A stretch of 44,395 bases of DNA from Candidatus Woesearchaeota archaeon (GTDB lineage: Archaea; Nanobdellota; Nanobdellia; Woesearchaeales; JACPBO01), in NCBI GenBank assembly GCA_016180285.1, contig JACPBO010000017.1:1-44395 (forward strand), in the 5' to 3' direction. This document shows, piece by piece, positions 39,550 to 44,395 of the stretch (position 1 is the stretch's first letter; each line of letters opens with the position of its first letter). A program made the position numbers and the translations under genes. A model generated the notes under the pieces. The model saw nothing but the letters and a program-made list of their open reading frames with translations, had not been told where the DNA came from and ran no database searches.

Positions 39550-39843
39550 TTAGTTATCTTCAGGAATAATTATGTTTTGAGCTGCACCAAATTGAACTAA
39601 AAGAACAGGAATTTTTTTCTCTAATGCTTCTTTTGTCATATTCTTTAACCCATCAATGTGGATGTTGTATGCCCTCATTTCTCCATTAACAAAAAGACCC
39701 CAACTTCCCCTCCAGGAACCATCAGGAATGCTTTTCTGCATTATAGCTTCAATTTCTTTAAGTGCTCGATAATTTGGTATTTGATCTGGTCGGTATTTCA
39801 TATCAAGTTCATTATCAGGTACTAATTGATATTCATCATCCAT
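39550..39843 (-). CDS. Hypothetical protein
   Basis: ATG 39843 with GGAGG SD. Confidence 0.65.
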   Translation of the reverse strand: MDDEYQLVPDNELDMKYRPDQIPNYRALKEIEAIMQKSIPDGSWRGSWGLFVNGEMRAYNIHIDGLKNMTKEALEKKIPVLLVQFGAAQNIIIPEDN

Positions 39844-39949
39844 TTTATTGCCTCCAAAATCTCCCATAATTCGCTGGAGTGATTTACTGCCCCTTTCTCT
39901 TTGACAAAATATTATTTTATTTATAAATCTGTTGGCTAAGCGTGCATAT

Positions 39950-42900
39950 TTATTCAACTAAAATCGCAGCTTTTCCAGGCGCTGCATTGTTCGCCTTCTG
40001 CTCTTTGGAATCCTCTGCATTTACAACTTCAATCCCGCAGTTAAATTCTTTTTCAATCGCTTCCTTGTTTTTCTCCAAAGCTTCAAACTCTGTTTTCTGA
40101 TCCAATACAATAACAGGCATCTTTCCCATATCCTTCACAACAGCAGGGATTATTTTTGAAACTTCGGCTCCATGCTGTTTAAAATCTTTCATCAAAACAC
40201 TCATCAACTCCCTTACATCATGCGTTTTCTTAAGTTCTTTTTTCAGCGTTTTAAAGAAATCATACTTCCATTTATGGCTTATGATTAATGTTATCCTGCC
40301 AGGTTTTTCTTTTTTAATAAGCGTTAAAACATTTCTTGCATCTGAAATGGTATTCCTGACAAAGTTCTCAGAAGCATCTAAGCTTTCATCAATGTATTTC
40401 TCGTTATAAGAAGGCCATTCTGCCAAAGAAACAAACCCTTTATTTCCCATCATCTCCCATAATTCTTCTGCCAGATGCGGCGCAAAAGGCTGCAGCATCT
40501 TGATAAAAGCTTCAGCAGCTTCTTTCGATGCGCTGTACTTTGCAAGGTGATCGAAATAGTCTGAAAGCCGTATTATTGCTGTATTGAATTCAAGGGCATC
40601 CATGTGATCTGTAACATCCCTTATTGTTTTGTGCATCTTATTCAATAATTCTTTTGAGCTTTCCTTTGAAAGCTTTGCTTCTGAGACAAAAGAATAGATT
40701 TTATTCACAAGCCTATACATCCCCTCTATTCCCTGGTCGCTCCATTCAACTTCCTTGTCCGGAGAAGCGACAAACAATAAAAACAATCGCGCCGTGTCTA
40801 TTCCGTATTTCTGGGCAATCTCTTCCTGCGTTACAACATTGCCCCTGCTTTTGCTCATCACAAAGCCGCCTTTGTGCAGCATCCCCTGGTTAAACAAGCG
40901 GGGAGCAGGCTCGTCAAAATTTACCAATCCCAAATCGCGCAAAAACTTTGTAAAGAACCTGAAATAAATCAAATGCATGCATGCATGCTCCTTTCCCCCG
41001 ATATACAAATCAATCGGCATCCAATAGGCCGCTTTCTTTTTATCAAAGATCTCTTTTTCATTTTTTGGATCGCAATATCTCAGGAAATACCAGCTTGAAT
41101 CAATAAAAGTGTCCATCGTATCCGTTTCTCTTCTTGCCTTTCCCTTGCATCCGGGGCATTTTGTGTTTACAAATTCGCTGACATTTTCCAGCGGATTTCC
41201 TTTTCCGCCAAACTCGACATTTTCAGGAAGCCTGACTGGCAGCTCTTTTTCCGGAACAGGCACAATGCCGCACTTCTCGCAGTAAACAATTGGGATCGGG
41301 CAGCCCCAGAATCTCTGCCTTGAAATCAGCCAGTCTCTTAACTTGTACTGCACAGTTTTCTTTCCAATGCCCTCTTTCTCTAAAAATTTGTTTATCTCAG
41401 GAATCGCTTCTTTATTGTTCATATCATTGAATCTGCCTGAATTGACAAGATAGCCCTCTCCAATAAAAGCCCTCGACATCTTATCTGCATTCAGCTCATA
41501 CTCTCTTGGGTTAATTACAGCCTTTATTGGAATCTTGAATTTCTTTGCAAAATCAAAATCTCTTTGATCATGAGCCGGAACAGCCATTATTGCGCCAGTT
41601 CCGTAATCAAGCAGAACAAAATTTGCAATGTAAATCGGGATCTCGGCATTTGTCAATGGGTTTATTGCATACCTTCCGATAAACATTCCTTCTTTTTCTT
41701 TGTCTTCAGCTGTTCTTGTAAATCTGTCTTCTATCACAACCTTTTCTATGAACTTCTTGACATCTGCCTCATACCTTGTTCCCTTTACAAGCTCCAGAAC
41801 TTTTGGATGCTCAGGAGCATAAACCATGAATGTAACTCCGTATAATGTATCCGCCCTTGTTGTAAATATTGGGATTTTTTCTAAGCATCGATTAAGAACG
41901 TCTGGTTCTTTCTCTCCGCATATATGACTTGCCTCAGCTTTAAAATCAAAAATAACGCCGCCAATAACTTTTTTTATTTTATCTGCTCTCTCTGGAGGCA
42001 AAGCATAATCATTTTTAGCCCTAAGTATTGCAATATCTTTTACATTTTTTTTGATTTTGTCAAAATCAAACTTCCAGTTGAAAGTTTCATCGAAAGGCCT
42101 TTTCTTATCTTTAAATTTTGGCTCGATAAATCCGGCAGCCAAAATTAGCTTTTTAATAGGTTTTTCTAATCTTTCAAGAATCTTTAATGCTACTGCAGCT
42201 CCCAAGCTGTGCCCCAATAAAACAGTATTTTCATCAAATCTCTCATTTTTTAAAACATATTCAGCTTGTTTTATAACATCAGGATTATCAGTATCAGGCA
42301 AATTAGGAACATTAACTTTATATCCTTTGCCTTCAAGTTCTTTTCTAAGCCATGGGAAAAAAAGTGCATCAGGCGAACCAGCATATCCGTGAATCAAAAC
42401 ATAATTATTATCTGTCTTAATTTCAAAATCAACCAATGTTCCTTCGCTTCTTCCGATCCAGTTGCGCTGCATTGTCTTTACATCTTCACTCCATTGCAGC
42501 CCATCAATATCCTTAAGCAATTCTTCAGCGTAATCTGTTATCTTGAAGAACCACTGCTCCAGATCCCTTACTTCAACATTTGTATCCTCATGCCTCCAGC
42601 ATTTGCCGTCATGCACCTGCTCATTTGCCAGAACAGTGGCGCATTTAGGGCACCAGTTGACAACGGATTTTTTCCTGAAAGCTAATCCTTTTTCAAACAT
42701 TTTCAGGAAGATCCACTGGTCCCATTTGTAATACTCAGGAGTATGAGATGCAATAACCCTGCTCCAATCATAGCTCAATCCAAGCTCTTTCTGCTGCCTT
42801 ATGAAATTTTTAATAGCATCTTCGGTGAATATCTTGGGATGCGACTTGGCTTTTATTGCAGCGTTTTCAGCCGGCAATCCAAAGCTGTCATAGCCCATTG

Positions 42901-43120
42901 GATAAAGCACATTAAATCCCTGCATTCTTTTAAAGCGGGCAAAGCAGTCTCCTATTGTATAATTGCGGACATGCCCCATATGGAGCCCTGACCCAGATGG
43001 ATATGGATACATCTCAAGGCAGTAGAATTTCTTCTTTTTTGGATCCTCTTTAACTTCAAATATCTTGGCATCTTCCCACTTCTTCTGCCATTTCCTGCTT
43101 ATCTTATTGAAATCTGCCAT
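39950..43120 (-). CDS. leuS: Leucine--tRNA ligase with an inserted alpha/beta hydrolase domain
   Basis: MYPYPSGSGLHMGH, DWLISRQRFWG, RETDTMDTF, VMSKS; CP1 motifs FTTRADT and GTGAIMAVPAHDQRD. Confidence 0.97.
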   Translation of the reverse strand: MADFNKISRKWQKKWEDAKIFEVKEDPKKKKFYCLEMYPYPSGSGLHMGHVRNYTIGDCFARFKRMQGFNVLYPMGYDSFGLPAENAAIKAKSHPKIFTEDAIKNFIRQQKELGLSYDWSRVIASHTPEYYKWDQWIFLKMFEKGLAFRKKSVVNWCPKCATVLANEQVHDGKCWRHEDTNVEVRDLEQWFFKITDYAEELLKDIDGLQWSEDVKTMQRNWIGRSEGTLVDFEIKTDNNYVLIHGYAGSPDALFFPWLRKELEGKGYKVNVPNLPDTDNPDVIKQAEYVLKNERFDENTVLLGHSLGAAVALKILERLEKPIKKLILAAGFIEPKFKDKKRPFDETFNWKFDFDKIKKNVKDIAILRAKNDYALPPERADKIKKVIGGVIFDFKAEASHICGEKEPDVLNRCLEKIPIFTTRADTLYGVTFMVYAPEHPKVLELVKGTRYEADVKKFIEKVVIEDRFTRTAEDKEKEGMFIGRYAINPLTNAEIPIYIANFVLLDYGTGAIMAVPAHDQRDFDFAKKFKIPIKAVINPREYELNADKMSRAFIGEGYLVNSGRFNDMNNKEAIPEINKFLEKEGIGKKTVQYKLRDWLISRQRFWGCPIPIVYCEKCGIVPVPEKELPVRLPENVEFGGKGNPLENVSEFVNTKCPGCKGKARRETDTMDTFIDSSWYFLRYCDPKNEKEIFDKKKAAYWMPIDLYIGGKEHACMHLIYFRFFTKFLRDLGLVNFDEPAPRLFNQGMLHKGGFVMSKSRGNVVTQEEIAQKYGIDTARLFLLFVASPDKEVEWSDQGIEGMYRLVNKIYSFVSEAKLSKESSKELLNKMHKTIRDVTDHMDALEFNTAIIRLSDYFDHLAKYSASKEAAEAFIKMLQPFAPHLAEELWEMMGNKGFVSLAEWPSYNEKYIDESLDASENFVRNTISDARNVLTLIKKEKPGRITLIISHKWKYDFFKTLKKELKKTHDVRELMSVLMKDFKQHGAEVSKIIPAVVKDMGKMPVIVLDQKTEFEALEKNKEAIEKEFNCGIEVVNAEDSKEQKANNAAPGKAAILVE

Positions 43121-43169
43121 TTTGATTACAGTTTGCAACTTGATTTATAAATTTTTATGCTTTTACTGG

Positions 43170-43550
43170 CTAAAGCTCTATTTTCTCATAGCTATACCCT
43201 GTTTTCAGCTCGTCTTCAATTGGTTTGCCAGGATCGCCATTATCAGCATAGCCTTTTCTCTTTCTTGTTATGCCTTTTATGCACATCAGCACACCATTCC
43301 CTGTCGGAACATATGCGATTGAACGATCATATTTTAAAATGCAGTTCTCTTTTCTTAGCCTTTCAGCAAGGCCAGAATCAACAGTATTTGCTCCTATTAT
43401 TCCTGTGATCCCCGAACCATTTCTTATCAGAATATGCTCAAAACCCGGCTGCACTGAAACTATGTTGGCTCTATTGCATGAGCCGTTGTACAAGCTAACA
43501 ATATCCTTGCCGTGCTTTTCCAGCAATTCCTTCAATGCGCCGTTTTCCAT
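43170..43550 (-). CDS. Hypothetical protein
   Basis: ATG 43550 with AAGGAGGT SD. Confidence 0.7.
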   Translation of the reverse strand: MENGALKELLEKHGKDIVSLYNGSCNRANIVSVQPGFEHILIRNGSGITGIIGANTVDSGLAERLRKENCILKYDRSIAYVPTGNGVLMCIKGITRKRKGYADNGDPGKPIEDELKTGYSYEKIEL

Positions 43551-43749
43551 TTTTACCTCCTTCTGATTTTTATTTTTTAAATTTTTTAGAGAAAAATAAA
43601 ATGATAAACAATGATGCAAAGCCCGAAAATCAATTGAGCTTTACAATAGCAATACCACTAGCACAAAGAACAAAATCGCATTTTGCATAGTGGTTTTAAT
43701 GTTCATAATGCATGGAAAACAGAACAGATATTTAAGTTTTTCCATTAAT

Positions 43750-44277
43750 TTAAGCGCTAAACGCTTCCAGATCCTCATAAACCGGGCCTTCGCCGGTCAA
43801 AGTGCTTTTCATCAATTTAAAATTTTTAATCATGACTTCTTTTGGCTCAATTTTTATCTTGCCGACCAAATTCATAAGCTCATTTTTATCTTTTACAAAC
43901 TTAACCCTGCAAAGCGTAATATGCGCTGCAAAGCCTTTTTCTTTTTTGAAAAGAGGAGCTAAAGCTTCGTCAATCTTCTGCTGCAATTCCAGGATCTTAT
44001 TATCTGGCTTAAGCCCGATCCAAACAACTCTTATATAGTTTTCATTCGGAAAAACTCCGATTTTATCCAGTTTTGCTGAGAATGGCTCAAATTTTATATT
44101 TTTTAAAGAACCCTTGATCAAATCAGCATTCTTTTCATCAACTTCTCCAAGAAACTTCAAAGTCAGGTGATGCTTTTTGGTTAAGGCGGTCTTTGCATTA
44201 TCGCTTACAAGTTTGCTCTGTATTGCTTTGAAATAATCCTTTAATTCTCCAAACTCAAGAGCAATGAACAATCTCAT
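43750..44277 (-). CDS. thpR: RNA 2',3'-cyclic phosphodiesterase (2H family)
   Basis: MRLFIAL, HLTLKFLG, RVVWIG, HITL, STLTGEGPVY. Confidence 0.93.
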   Translation of the reverse strand: MRLFIALEFGELKDYFKAIQSKLVSDNAKTALTKKHHLTLKFLGEVDEKNADLIKGSLKNIKFEPFSAKLDKIGVFPNENYIRVVWIGLKPDNKILELQQKIDEALAPLFKKEKGFAAHITLCRVKFVKDKNELMNLVGKIKIEPKEVMIKNFKLMKSTLTGEGPVYEDLEAFSA

Positions 44278-44344
44278 AGAGCATCAACAAAAATGAAGAT
44301 ATAAATAATTAACTAAAAAAATAAGAAAAAAACAAATATTCTGC

Positions 44345-44395
44345 TTATTCTTCGCCGAAGTTCTCGCTGTCTTCTGTTTCTTCTTGTGTCTCTTC
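44345..44395 (-). CDS. Acidic C-terminus of a gene entering from outside the window
   Basis: EETQEETEDSENFGEE*. Confidence 0.55.
   Translation of the reverse strand, partial: EETQEETEDSENFGEE

Noticed and set aside
41882..42409. Intein interpretation of the LeuRS insert
   Set aside because: No Cys/Ser start with a His-Asn end and no HINT or endonuclease motifs; hydrolase motifs are present instead.
43560..43710. Hydrophobic short frames upstream of 43550
   Set aside because: Interrupted by stops in AT-rich sequence; cannot be supported as a gene.

Overview
This window is mostly one archaeal contig (779-44395) with DPANN, probably Woesearchaeales-like, character. That call is inferred from a divergent archaeal 16S plus PCNA, L35Ae, Kae1, LonB and PAC2 genes, with AT-rich, tightly packed coding sequence. 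A 769-nt fragment of different composition, carrying a partial flippase gene, precedes it across a 9-N gap. The core is a 16S-tRNA-Ala-23S operon with no 5S and five introns: two BHB introns in 16S, two in tRNA-Ala, and a group I intron with a LAGLIDADG endonuclease at 23S site L1931. Other highlights are (1) a bacterial-type queuosine salvage cluster (HAD-yhhQ-queA plus queH) in an archaeon, (2) a leucyl-tRNA synthetase with a complete RBBP9/YdeN-type serine hydrolase inserted at the start of its editing domain, (3) an unexplained 115-nt GC-rich multibranched hairpin with two smaller hairpins nearby, (4) several regulator-plus-accessory cassettes, three with inverted-repeat operator candidates, and (5) small ORFs missed by the ORF track. 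All calls come from reading motifs by eye; no database searches were run.
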